Below the pieces are notes generated by a model. The model was not told the origin of the DNA and ran no database searches. It was given only the letters and a program-made list of their open reading frames with translations. Shown here piece after piece: positions 7,965 to 17,632 of a DNA stretch of 64,000 nucleotides. How positions within the stretch are numbered: the stretch's first letter is position 1; each line of letters opens with the position of its first letter. Source of the stretch: Alphaproteobacteria bacterium. Lineage in GTDB: Bacteria; Pseudomonadota; Alphaproteobacteria; SHVV01. The position numbers were made by a program, and so were the translations under genes. The stretch is taken from assembly GCA_965261735.1 (NCBI GenBank), contig OZ253470.1, positions 64,001 to 128,000 on the forward strand. The letters run 5' to 3'.

Positions 7965-9245
7965 GTGAGTAAGGTCGAGCCGCTGGCGCCGGTGCGCATC
8001 GCCGGCCAGGACGTGCATTTCGCACAAGGCGTCAAGGCCGGCGGCTGGGTGTTCCTCACCGGCCATGAGGCGACGGACTTCGCTACCGGCCTCGCACCCG
8101 AGGTCGCCGGCAAGCCTCACTTCCCGCTTTACGGGCAGCCCAAACACAGGCGCGAGGGCGACTTCATCCTGCGCCGCTTCACCGACCTGCTCGGGGCCGC
8201 GGGCACCGACCTCGAGCACTCGGTTCGGCTCGACCAGTACTACCCGACTTGGAAGGCCGTCGATCCCTACCACCACGCGCGCCGGGCCCATTTCGGCGAG
8301 AACATTCCGCCAAGCACCTCGATCCTAATGGAGGAGCTGATGGTCACCGGCGCCGATATCAGCGCCTCGATCATCGCCGTCGTGCCGAGTGCCGGGCGCG
8401 AGGTGAAGCGCGTCCGGCCCGACACGGTGCGGGCGCCGACATGGTCGGGCTTCGCGCCGGTGATGACTTCAGGCGACTACGTCTTCGTCGCCGGTCAGAT
8501 GGCCAATGCCGAAGATTGGTCGGTCGATGCGCGCGCGCATGTGGCCGACGGCGCGTTGTGGGCCGGCTTCGAGATTCGCCTGCAGGCCGAGTTCATCATC
8601 AACGAGCGCATCAAGCCGGCGCTGGAAGCCGCCGGCTCCTCGCTCGAGGGCGTCGTCAAGGCTCAGGCCTACCTCAGCAACGTCGAGGACTTTCCCCACT
8701 TCATCGAGGTCTGGAATGCTCATTTCGGTGAACGGGGCTGCGCGCTCAGCGTCGTCCCGGCGTCGGGCTTCGCGATGGTCGAGGGGATCATCGAGATCAA
8801 CGTGATGGCGCTCGCCGATGGCGGCACGACGCGCAAGGAGATCGTCGATTGTGCCATGCCCGCGACGATGGCCTACGGCGCGCCGGCCGTTCGCGCCGGG
8901 GATCTGCTGCTGCTCTCGGCGCTGATGGCCGTGGATGAGGACGGCGCCGCCCCCGCGGCTGAGGCGCGCGCGGGCCTGCCCCATTTCGCCATCTCCCCGC
9001 GCGCCCAGATGCGCCTCATCCTGGAGCAGGCGGAGCGGATTTGCCGGGCCGGCGGAACCGCGCTCGAGAACGTGGTCCGCGTCCACCAGTTCCACGCCGA
9101 CCTCGCCGAGTTCTACCCCATGCACGCGGTATGGCGCGAGCTGCTACCCGATCAGCCGATCCCCTTCTCGGCCGTCCGCGTGCCCGCGCCCCTGCCCGCG
9201 CCCGGCGCCACCGTCATGCTCGATCTATGGGTGTACGCGCCGTAG
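7965..9245 (+). CDS. Second triple-domain Rid-fold protein with strongly diverged domains
   Basis: Three Rid-like starts (GVKAGGWVFLTG; VMTSGDYVFVAGQ; AVRAGDLLLLSAL). LEAAGSSLEGVVKAQAYL and AGGTALENVVRV match Rid helix-strand motifs. Confidence 0.75.
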   Translation: MSKVEPLAPVRIAGQDVHFAQGVKAGGWVFLTGHEATDFATGLAPEVAGKPHFPLYGQPKHRREGDFILRRFTDLLGAAGTDLEHSVRLDQYYPTWKAVDPYHHARRAHFGENIPPSTSILMEELMVTGADISASIIAVVPSAGREVKRVRPDTVRAPTWSGFAPVMTSGDYVFVAGQMANAEDWSVDARAHVADGALWAGFEIRLQAEFIINERIKPALEAAGSSLEGVVKAQAYLSNVEDFPHFIEVWNAHFGERGCALSVVPASGFAMVEGIIEINVMALADGGTTRKEIVDCAMPATMAYGAPAVRAGDLLLLSALMAVDEDGAAPAAEARAGLPHFAISPRAQMRLILEQAERICRAGGTALENVVRVHQFHADLAEFYPMHAVWRELLPDQPIPFSAVRVPAPLPAPGATVMLDLWVYAP

Positions 9246-9259
9246 CCGTCGCGCCTGAG

Positions 9260-10477
9260 CTATCCGCTCCACTCCAAGATGTAGAGGCCATCGCCCGAAC
9301 GGTCGACGACATAGACGACGCCGCGGTCGTCGACGAAGACGTCGTTGAGCTGGGTCTCGCCAATCGAGGAGTGGGCGGAGGCGGGCGGCACGAAGTAGCC
9401 GGTTTCGGTCGGTCGGTGGGGATGCGAGACGTCGAACACGCGAAGTCCGGCGTTGAAGAAGGTGCCGAACAGGATGGTCTCCGAGCGGAAGGCACCGGCG
9501 TCCGGGTGATTTTCGTGCAGGTTGTGGGCGCCGAAGCGGGCCTCGCGCCCGCCGTAGCAGGCGAACGGCGGCGGCGGCAGGTTGGCGAGCGGCACGAGTT
9601 CGGTCTCGTCGCGCGCATCCAGCACCCACATGAACTTGGGATGGTCGGCGCCGCCCATGAGGACGCTTTCATCGCTCACGATCATGAGGTCGCGGCCGAA
9701 CAGCGGCATCACCGTGTGGCTGAAGCCGCCGTAGGGCGGCGAGTTGTCCCAGCGCGCGATCAACCGCGGCGTCGCCTTGTCGGAGATATCTAGGATCAAG
9801 GCCCCGGCGTCGATGAAGCCGACATAGGCCCGGTCGGGGCGCTCGGGGTAGACGTTGGTGTTGTGGGCGCGAAATCCGAGGTCGTTGTGGCCTTCGTGGC
9901 GCGCCGGCGGCGGCTCGGAATCGCCGACGCGCGTGCCGGGCAGCCACCACCGGCCGACCTCGGCTGGCTTGTCGGGTCGGCGCACGTCGATGATACGGTA
10001 GAACTGATCGTCGAGCGGGTTATGGGGTTCGAAGTCCGGCGCCCCGCTCGCCATGTGCACGTACTCGCCATCGCAGAACCACAGATTGTGAACGCCGCGC
10101 GAGGCCGGCCCCGCGGCGTCGAAGAACGCGATGGAGCGCGGCACCTCAGGCGCCGCGATATCGAACAGCTCGAAGCCCGCAGGGTGCAGTCCGACGCCCG
10201 GCGCCTGGTAGGCGACCGCGAGAATATCGCCAGAGACGCCGAGCGAGTTGGAGCGCTCGGCGCCGGGCGGCAACTCGGTCTGGACGATGACGCGCGGGCG
10301 CGCCGGGTCGGTCACGTCGACGCCGGTGAAGCTCTTGGGCGCACGCTCATGGGCGAGCCACAGGACCCGACGCCCGCCCGCGCCGAGCTGGATGCGCACG
10401 CCCTCGCCGAGCGCCCCATGCCCGCCCAGCAGCTCATGCGCGAGCAGGCGCAGGTTGTGGCTGATACGAATGGTCAT
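9260..10477 (-). CDS. LVIVD-repeat beta-propeller protein
   Basis: Repeats GVDVTDPARP, ELFDIAAPEVP, RIIDVRRPDKP, LILDISDKATP, RVFDVSHPHRP. ATG 10477 overlaps the upstream TGA. Confidence 0.8.
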   Translation of the reverse strand: MTIRISHNLRLLAHELLGGHGALGEGVRIQLGAGGRRVLWLAHERAPKSFTGVDVTDPARPRVIVQTELPPGAERSNSLGVSGDILAVAYQAPGVGLHPAGFELFDIAAPEVPRSIAFFDAAGPASRGVHNLWFCDGEYVHMASGAPDFEPHNPLDDQFYRIIDVRRPDKPAEVGRWWLPGTRVGDSEPPPARHEGHNDLGFRAHNTNVYPERPDRAYVGFIDAGALILDISDKATPRLIARWDNSPPYGGFSHTVMPLFGRDLMIVSDESVLMGGADHPKFMWVLDARDETELVPLANLPPPPFACYGGREARFGAHNLHENHPDAGAFRSETILFGTFFNAGLRVFDVSHPHRPTETGYFVPPASAHSSIGETQLNDVFVDDRGVVYVVDRSGDGLYILEWSG

Positions 10478-12615
10478 TGGGGCGATGGGCGGGCCAGGAT
10501 GCGGGCGTCCACGGCCCAGGCACCCTGCCCTTCCGGCAGCACGATTAGCGGGTTGAGATCGATCTCGACGAGCTCGTCGCGCAGGTCCCATCCGAGGCGG
10601 GCCAGCGCGCGCAGGTTGCTCAGGAGGGCCGTGACGTCGGCGGCGGGACGGCCGCGTGCGCCTCGCAGGATCGCGTGCGCCGGGCTCGCGATGACGAGCT
10701 CCTCGATTTCCGCGTCGGTGATCGGCAGGAGCCGGTAGTCGACCGCCCGCAGCAGCTCCACGAAGATGCCGCCGAGGCCGAAGACGAGTACTGGCCCGAC
10801 ATCGGCATCGACCTTGAGCCCGGCGAGGACTTCGACTCCTTGCGGCAGCATGCGTTGAACGTAGAGGCGCGCCTGAGCCAAGTCGCCGCCCACGCCCGCA
10901 TGCGCCGCGTGGAGCTCGCGATACGCCGCGGTGACGCTCGGCGGATCGGCGAGCCCAAGGCTGACCAGACCGGCGTCGCTCTTGTGCAGCGCCTTCGGCG
11001 AGAACAGCTTGGCCGCGACGGGAAAGCCGAGCCCGGAGGCGGCCGCGACCGCATCCGCCTCCGTCTCGACGAAACGCTCCGCCACCCGTGCAATCCCATA
11101 CAGATCGAGCAGCTCGGCCGCCGCCTCTGGCGCCACCAGGAGCGCACCGTCGCCGACTGGGCTCGCGCGCCGAACGAGGGCGCGCGCGCCTTCGACCGCC
11201 GCCGACCCGCTATCGCGGTCCTCGCCGCTTGGGCCATTGGGCGCCGCCCATCTCGCGAGGTGGCCGATGGCGAGCAGCGCCTCGCGGGCACCGTGCAGCA
11301 CCGGCACGCGGAGATCGCGCGGCAGCTCGGGAGTGGCACCGGTTCGCGCCGAGCGGGTATTGATATAGACGATCGGCTTGTCGCTTTGTCCGGCGACCGT
11401 ACGGGCCGCCTCGAGGGCGTTGTCGCAATATCCCTGGTAGCCCGGGAAGCGGGTGATATCGACGGGCATGTCACCGTACACGCCCACGACATCGACGCCT
11501 GGATCGCGGCACAGGTGCAGGAGGCATTCTTCCAGCTTGCGCGGCGATACACCGCCAACGCCGCTGTCGACGGGATTGAGGCCGGGGCTGTCCGGCCCCA
11601 GGACCGCGCCTATCGCGGCGATCGTCGCCTCATCGAGATCGGCCAGGGTGACGCCGATGGATTCGCACAGGTCCGCGTAGTAGCCGGCCTTGCCGCCCGA
11701 GGTGCCGATGAGCCCGAGCCGCGGCCCATCGGGCGCGAACCCGGCCGCGAACAACGCTAGCGTCTCGATGAACTCGTCGAGGTCGCGCACCCGGGTGATG
11801 TGGAATCGCTCGAAGAAGGCGTCCCACACCTGGTCGTCGCCGACGAGCGAGCCGGTGTGCCCGAGCGCCGCCGCGCGACCCCGTTCAGAGCTGCCGATCT
11901 TGAGCACCACGAGCGGCTTGCCGAGCTCGAGGGCGCGCCGCGCCGCGCGCGTGAACTGAGCCACATCGCGCACAGCCTCGAGCGCGAGGCCGACCGTGGC
12001 GATCCGCTCATCCTCGAGCACATGCGTGAGGTAGTCGGCCGCGGTCAAGACGGCCTCGTTACCGCTCGCGATCAGCAAGCCGGGATGGATGCCGTTGCCG
12101 CTCGTGCGCACCGCATCTATGAAGCCCGCGCTCTGCGAGATGACGGCCACGGGTCCCGCGTCCGCGGCGCCCTCGGAGCCGATAAAGGCGGGAAAACCGT
12201 CGAGCCCGTTGATGAGGCCGAGCGAACATGGGCCGCATAGCGCGATGCCGGAGGCCCGCGCCTTGTCGGCCACACGTTCCTGGAGCTGGCGGCCCTCTTC
12301 ACCCGCTTCCGCGAAACCGGTGGCGTACACGATCGCCGCGCCCACGCCGGCCGCGCGGAGATCGTCGAGAACGGAGAGCACGGTACCGGCCGGCGTCGCG
12401 ACGTAGGCGCAGTCCACGGGGTTGGGGATATCCTGTATGCGGGGGTAACACGGCATCCCGCGAACCGTCGCACGGTTCGGGTTGACGGCGAACAGGCCTC
12501 CTCGGTAGCCGCTCAGCCGCAGCGCATCCATAATCCGGCCACCCGATCCTTCCTCCGACGCGCCGACGATGGCGACCGACGCTGGGCGCAACAGCTTGTC
12601 AAGATTGAAGACCAT
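10474..12615 (-). CDS. ADP-forming acyl-CoA synthetase (acetate-CoA ligase family, fused alpha-beta)
   Basis: SVAIVGAS CoA-binding domain, phospho-His motif GHTGSL, ATP-grasp HKSDAGLV and EIDLNPL. Confidence 0.88.
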   Translation of the reverse strand: MVFNLDKLLRPASVAIVGASEEGSGGRIMDALRLSGYRGGLFAVNPNRATVRGMPCYPRIQDIPNPVDCAYVATPAGTVLSVLDDLRAAGVGAAIVYATGFAEAGEEGRQLQERVADKARASGIALCGPCSLGLINGLDGFPAFIGSEGAADAGPVAVISQSAGFIDAVRTSGNGIHPGLLIASGNEAVLTAADYLTHVLEDERIATVGLALEAVRDVAQFTRAARRALELGKPLVVLKIGSSERGRAAALGHTGSLVGDDQVWDAFFERFHITRVRDLDEFIETLALFAAGFAPDGPRLGLIGTSGGKAGYYADLCESIGVTLADLDEATIAAIGAVLGPDSPGLNPVDSGVGGVSPRKLEECLLHLCRDPGVDVVGVYGDMPVDITRFPGYQGYCDNALEAARTVAGQSDKPIVYINTRSARTGATPELPRDLRVPVLHGAREALLAIGHLARWAAPNGPSGEDRDSGSAAVEGARALVRRASPVGDGALLVAPEAAAELLDLYGIARVAERFVETEADAVAAASGLGFPVAAKLFSPKALHKSDAGLVSLGLADPPSVTAAYRELHAAHAGVGGDLAQARLYVQRMLPQGVEVLAGLKVDADVGPVLVFGLGGIFVELLRAVDYRLLPITDAEIEELVIASPAHAILRGARGRPAADVTALLSNLRALARLGWDLRDELVEIDLNPLIVLPEGQGAWAVDARILARPSPQ

Positions 12616-12635
12616 GGGGCCCTCGCGGCGCCCGC

Positions 12636-13412
12636 CTAGGTCGCCCGGCGGCGGCCGGCCAGCCCCGCGGTCAGGCCGATGAAGATCGAGACCGCGATGA
12701 TGAGACTGGAGACGACGGACAACATCGGATCGATCTCATCGGTGAAGGATGTGAACATTTTGCGCGGCAGGGTCTCGGTCTTGTACCCGGTGACGAAGAG
12801 GGCGATCAAAAGCTCATCGAACGAGTGGATGAACGCAAGGAGAGATCCGGCGAGCACGCCGGTCCAGGTCAGCGGCAAGGTCACGTACCATAGCGCGCGG
12901 CCCCACGACGCGCCGAGGCTCATCGCCGCCACCTCGAGGGCCTCGTCGAACGATTTGAGCCGCGCCGCGGTGACGAGCACGAGGTAGGGAAGCGAGACCA
13001 CGGAGTAGGTCAGCACCAGGCCGAGCTCGCGGTCGAACAGGTCGACGCGCCGGTAGAAGAAGAACAGCGCGAGCGCGTAGATGACGATGGGGACGATGAG
13101 GGGGCCGAGGAGCAGGCCGTTGAGAAGCCCCTTGCCGCGGAAGCGCCCGCGCACCATGCCGAGCGCGAGCGCTACACCCACGGGTATCGCGAGGACGGTG
13201 GCGAAGAAAGCCACGCGGGCGCTGAGGAGCGTGGCCGCGACCCAGTCCTCGGAGTGGAAGAACGCGATGTAACGCGTGAGGTCGTAGCCCGGCGGGGGGA
13301 ACTCGATACCACCGGTGGTGCTGAAGGAGATCGGCACGATGATGACGATCGGAAAGACCAGGAACGCGAGCACCAGGCCGCCGGCGATAGCGATGACGAT
13401 TTTGCCGATCAT
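12636..13412 (-). CDS. ABC transporter permease (PotC-like)
   Basis: Multiple TM segments; EAA loop LEVAAMSLGA; FIHSFDE. Confidence 0.9.
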   Translation of the reverse strand: MIGKIVIAIAGGLVLAFLVFPIVIIVPISFSTTGGIEFPPPGYDLTRYIAFFHSEDWVAATLLSARVAFFATVLAIPVGVALALGMVRGRFRGKGLLNGLLLGPLIVPIVIYALALFFFYRRVDLFDRELGLVLTYSVVSLPYLVLVTAARLKSFDEALEVAAMSLGASWGRALWYVTLPLTWTGVLAGSLLAFIHSFDELLIALFVTGYKTETLPRKMFTSFTDEIDPMLSVVSSLIIAVSIFIGLTAGLAGRRRAT

Positions 13413-13445
13413 GGGGTCCGCATGAGCCTTCGGCTTGGCGCGGCC

Positions 13446-14330
13446 TCAGGCACGCCCGCCCCAGATACGATCGAGCCCGAAATAACGGTTGAAGAGGGCG
13501 ACGATGACCAGGGTCGCGACCAGCAACGGAATGCTCAACAGAACCGCGCCCGCGAAGTTACCGTCGAGGACCGCCTGCTGGTGGATGAGCTGGGCGATCA
13601 TGACGTCGCGCGGGCCGCCGAGCAGGGCCGGCGTGATGAAGTAGCCGAGCGATAAGATGAAGACCAGCGTGCAGCCTCCCCACACGCCGGGCATGCTGAG
13701 CGGAAAGATGACCCGGAGGAACACCTGTAGCGCCCCGGCTCCAAGGGCCCGCGCCGCCAGGGGCAGATCGGGATCGATCCCGCGCAACGAGCTGTAGATG
13801 CTGAGCACCATGAACGGCAGCAGCGCCTGGGCCATGCCGATATAGACCGCTCCGGTCGAAAACATGATGCGCAGCGGCTCGTCGACAACGCCGAGCTCGA
13901 TAAGGGCTGAGTTGACGATGCCGTTTCTCCCCAGCACGACCAGCAACGCGTAGGTCCGAACGATGATGCTGATCCAAAAGGGGATTAGCACCAGAGACAG
14001 GAGGACGCCGAGGAGCTGCCGCGGCGCCGAGTACAGCATGTAGGCGACGATGTAGCCGAGGACGAGGCACTCGGCGGTCACCCCCAGCGCCATCTGGAAA
14101 GTGTTGAGGTAGACGCGGATGTAGAGGGTTTGCTCGAAGCTCGATAGCGCGGGCACACGCAGGAAATCGCCCTCGACGATGAAGCGCAAGAGCATGAGCA
14201 CGATCGGCAGCACGTACCAGAGGACGAGCCACGCGCCGCCGAGCAGGGCCAGTATCAGATAGCGATCGGGACCGCGCGAGCGTTCCGAAACGGCGAGCGG
14301 GAGGGCGCGTTCGGACAGGGAAGTGGCCAA
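13446..14330 (-). CDS. ABC transporter permease (PotB-like)
   Basis: LIPFWISIIVRTYA, LAARALGA, YFITPALLGG. Confidence 0.9.
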   Translation of the reverse strand: MATSLSERALPLAVSERSRGPDRYLILALLGGAWLVLWYVLPIVLMLLRFIVEGDFLRVPALSSFEQTLYIRVYLNTFQMALGVTAECLVLGYIVAYMLYSAPRQLLGVLLSLVLIPFWISIIVRTYALLVVLGRNGIVNSALIELGVVDEPLRIMFSTGAVYIGMAQALLPFMVLSIYSSLRGIDPDLPLAARALGAGALQVFLRVIFPLSMPGVWGGCTLVFILSLGYFITPALLGGPRDVMIAQLIHQQAVLDGNFAGAVLLSIPLLVATLVIVALFNRYFGLDRIWGGRA

Positions 14331-14346
14331 GGCTCGTGACCGCGGG

Positions 14347-15459
14347 TTAGGTCGGGAGGACGCGGGTATCCGGGATACGCCAGCTCACGTCGACCTCGGC
14401 CCCGACCTCGAGACCGCTGGCGAGGTTGTGGGCCGGCATCTCAACCTCGAGCGTGTGCCCGGCGCTCACGGCGACGAGGTACTTCATCATCGTGCCGCCG
14501 TAGACCGCTTCGCGAATCGTCGCCGCGTAGCTGTTGTGGTGCTCCCCTGGCGTCGCACCCTTTGAAAGCTGCAGGCGCTCGGGGCGCACCATAACCCAGA
14601 CCTCGTCGTTGTCCGCGAACGGAGCGGGCTTGGCTACTTCGGCCCGGAGGCTCAGGCCATGATCGGACCTCAGCTGGCACTCGCCGCCCTCGAGGCCGAC
14701 GATACGCGCCTGGAAGAGGTTCGCGTTGCCGAGAAAGCCGGCCACGAAGACGTTGGAAGGGCTCTCGAACAGCTCGCGCGGGGTTCCCACCTGCTGGAGG
14801 CGCCCCTCGTTCATCACGCCGATCCGATCGGACATGCTGATCGCCTCGCCCTGATCGTGCGTCACGTAGAGCGTGGTGATGGCGAGCCGCTTCTGGAGCC
14901 CACGAAGCTCGAGCTGCATCTCCTCGCGCAGCTTGCGGTCGAGGGCGCCAAGGGGTTCGTCCATGAGCACGAGTGGGGGGCTGGCAACCAGCGCCCGCGC
15001 CGTGGCGACGCGCTGCTGCTGGCCGCCGCTGAGCTGTCGCGCGTAGCGCTGGCCGAGGCCCGTGAGGCGCACGAGGTTGAGCATGTCGGTGCCGCGCTTC
15101 TCGATCTCGGCCCGCGCCATCCCGCGCATACGGAGCGGAAACGCGATGTTGTCCTGCACGGTCATGTGCGGGAACAGGGCATAGCTCTGGAACACCATGC
15201 CGATGTTGCGCTTGTTGATGGGTACGTTCGTAATCGGATTATCGTCGACGTAGATCTCGCCGCTGTCGGGCGCGAATACCCCGAGCACCATGTTGAGCAG
15301 GGTCGTCTTTCCCGAGCCGCTCGGCCCGAGGAGCGTCACGAGCTCGCCGCCCGCGACCTCGAGCGAGACGCCGTCGGCGGCGGTCACCGAACCGAATTGC
15401 TTGTTGACGCCCTCAACCTTGAGGCCACCCGAACCCGCCATGCGGCGCGCCTCACTCAC
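14347..15459 (-). CDS. ABC transporter ATP-binding protein (PotA-like, TOBE domain)
   Basis: [27 protein letters not shown]. Confidence 0.93.
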   Translation of the reverse strand: MSEARRMAGSGGLKVEGVNKQFGSVTAADGVSLEVAGGELVTLLGPSGSGKTTLLNMVLGVFAPDSGEIYVDDNPITNVPINKRNIGMVFQSYALFPHMTVQDNIAFPLRMRGMARAEIEKRGTDMLNLVRLTGLGQRYARQLSGGQQQRVATARALVASPPLVLMDEPLGALDRKLREEMQLELRGLQKRLAITTLYVTHDQGEAISMSDRIGVMNEGRLQQVGTPRELFESPSNVFVAGFLGNANLFQARIVGLEGGECQLRSDHGLSLRAEVAKPAPFADNDEVWVMVRPERLQLSKGATPGEHHNSYAATIREAVYGGTMMKYLVAVSAGHTLEVEMPAHNLASGLEVGAEVDVSWRIPDTRVLPT

Positions 15460-16501
15460 CGATACCGGCCCCGGATCGCAAGGGAAGGGCGACCGTCAGC
15501 GTTCCGGTGGTCACGACCATGCCCTCGTTCTTGTCGTTCCAGATATCGAGGTCGATCTCACCCCTGCCATCTTGCACCCTCGTCGCGGTGGCGCGCCCGC
15601 AGAAGCGGAGCATGTCATTTCTATACACGAAGTCGCCGTAGCGATTCCGGATCTTGCGCACCCGGGCGGCTGGGCCGCCCCACGCCTGCGCCAACTGGAT
15701 GAACAGCGCGGTCCGCCACGCCCCCATATCGACGACATCCTTCAAGCCCGCCTTGGCGGCGTACCACGGATCATAGTGCACGGCGGCCGGATCCTCGCCC
15801 GGCGGCGGTAGACCGCCGACCATGACGAAACGAACGAACTGGTCGATGCGGAGCGGTCCCAGCGTGAACGGACCCAGCTCATCGCCGACGGCCACCTCGT
15901 CGAGGAAGCGCTGCGCCTCGAGGGCCGGCCTGTCGTCCACCGGTTCGGCCTCCGATTCGGGCACAGCGACCGTTATCGGGGCCGGCTTGGAGGCAGGCGT
16001 CCGCTGCAAGGCCTCGTCACTCGTGTAGAGCACGCTCGTCTGCCGTTGGATAGCGACCCGCACCGCATTCTGATTCGTGTAGTCGGTCTGGGTGAACACG
16101 AGGAGGAGTGGGCCCAGCGTGTCGCCTCCGGTCTCGCGCACTCCGGTGATGTGCGCCTCCGCGGTGATGCGATCGCCAACGTGGAGGTCGGCTAGGAATT
16201 CGTACTCCTGCTCCCCGAACAGCGAGATGACGTCGGGCGGAAATGTGTACATCTCATAGCTCGGGCCGCGCGCGACCATGTAGATGAAGGAGGGCGGCAC
16301 GCGGAGGCCGTCGTAGCCGGCCGCCTTGGCGGCGGCGGCATCCCAATAGACGGGATCGCGTTCGTCGATGGCATACGCCCAGTTGCGCACGAAGTGCTCG
16401 CTGACCTCGTTGAGGCGCTTGCCGGTAGGCGTAAAGCGCTTGCCTATCTGGGCTCGTATCTCCTCCGCGAGGAGCTTGAGGCCCGAAGCTGACATGGCCA
16501 C
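15452..16501 (-). CDS. Double-hotdog MaoC/FAS1-like (R)-specific enoyl-CoA hydratase/dehydratase
   Basis: N-terminal WAYAIDERDPVYWD...VPPSF; C-terminal hydratase-2 motif EDPAAVHYD...G. Confidence 0.78.
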   Translation of the reverse strand: MAMSASGLKLLAEEIRAQIGKRFTPTGKRLNEVSEHFVRNWAYAIDERDPVYWDAAAAKAAGYDGLRVPPSFIYMVARGPSYEMYTFPPDVISLFGEQEYEFLADLHVGDRITAEAHITGVRETGGDTLGPLLLVFTQTDYTNQNAVRVAIQRQTSVLYTSDEALQRTPASKPAPITVAVPESEAEPVDDRPALEAQRFLDEVAVGDELGPFTLGPLRIDQFVRFVMVGGLPPPGEDPAAVHYDPWYAAKAGLKDVVDMGAWRTALFIQLAQAWGGPAARVRKIRNRYGDFVYRNDMLRFCGRATATRVQDGRGEIDLDIWNDKNEGMVVTTGTLTVALPLRSGAGIGE

Positions 16502-16527
16502 CCCCGTTCGCTGCGATTACGGCGCGG

Positions 16528-17406
16528 CTATCGTCGCGGTCGACGCGCGGGCGGTTCGGCCGATGCCGTGCGGTCGCGCCACTTCACCGCCGCCTGCGCC
16601 CCGCGATCGCGCCGAATACGCGCCCACTCCTGAAACCCTCCCTCGGTCAGGGCCGAGAGTACGTTGGCATCGTAGGCCGCTTCCATCGCCTCTCGTAGCC
16701 CGGCCGCCTCGAACGCGCGGTTCACGGTCCGTTTGCCGAAATAGGCGGCCTCCGGCGGCAGGTCCACGAGCGTCGCCACCATATCGCCAACGGCGCCCTC
16801 CAACTCGCCCACCGGCACGGCTTGGTTGATCAACCCCGCCTCCTCCGCTTCGGCGGCGGACAGCGGGCGCCCGAGGAGGACAAGTTCCTTGGTTTTCCTA
16901 AGGCCGACGGTCCACGGCAGCAGACCCAGAGCAATGGCACCAAAGCGCGCCTCGGGGAGGCTGAAGACGGTGTCGTCGTCGGCCACGGCGAAGTCACAGG
17001 CGCTCGCCATGATGAGCGCGGCACCGACGCAGTGGCCGTGGATCTGGGCGACAACGGGCTTTTCCAGATCCCAGATCGCGTCCATCCATTGCGCCGTGTA
17101 GTAGCGGCGGTAACGCTTGCTCATGGCGAGCCCGTCCTCGGCCATCACCCACCCGTTCTCGGCCGGGTCATCGGTAATGTCGGCGCCCGAACAAAACGCG
17201 CGGCCGGCGCCCCGGAGCACGACGGCGCGAACCTCGTCGTCGGCCTCGGCACGCTTCAGCGCCGCGCACAGATCGGCGCGCAGTTGATTGTTGAGCGCAT
17301 TGAGCTTGCGCGGACGATTGAGCGTGATGCGCGCCGCGCCGCCCGCGGTTTGGTACAAAACCGTGGCGTACCGCTTGCGCTTGGCGCTCTGGCTGGCGCG
17401 GCTCAA
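16528..17406 (-). CDS. Enoyl-CoA hydratase/isomerase (crotonase) family protein
   Basis: ITLNRPRKLNAL, AFCSGADI, KPVVAQIHGHCVG, FSLPEARFG. Confidence 0.88.
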   Translation of the reverse strand: MSRASQSAKRKRYATVLYQTAGGAARITLNRPRKLNALNNQLRADLCAALKRAEADDEVRAVVLRGAGRAFCSGADITDDPAENGWVMAEDGLAMSKRYRRYYTAQWMDAIWDLEKPVVAQIHGHCVGAALIMASACDFAVADDDTVFSLPEARFGAIALGLLPWTVGLRKTKELVLLGRPLSAAEAEEAGLINQAVPVGELEGAVGDMVATLVDLPPEAAYFGKRTVNRAFEAAGLREAMEAAYDANVLSALTEGGFQEWARIRRDRGAQAAVKWRDRTASAEPPARRPRR

Positions 17407-17422
17407 GAGCAGCCCCGCGCTC

Positions 17423-17632
17423 TCAGTCCGAATTGGCTTCGACGACGATGGCGCCGGTCGGGCACAGGGCTTCCGACTCGCGCGCGAGAGCCACGTGCTC
17501 CGGCGCCGGCGATCCGATCAACACCCGCGTCGGCCCGTCGTCGTCGGCGCGACCGAACAGGGTGGGCGCGAGCTGGATGCAGTACTCGGTCTTGTGACAC
17601 CTCATCGGATCGATCCGGATTCTCAGGCTCAT
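17423..17632 (-). CDS. Single-cluster (3Fe-4S type) ferredoxin, P450 partner
   Basis: CHKTEYC...CPTGAI. ATGA overlap with the P450 stop. Confidence 0.82.
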   Translation of the reverse strand: MSLRIRIDPMRCHKTEYCIQLAPTLFGRADDDGPTRVLIGSPAPEHVALARESEALCPTGAIVVEANSD

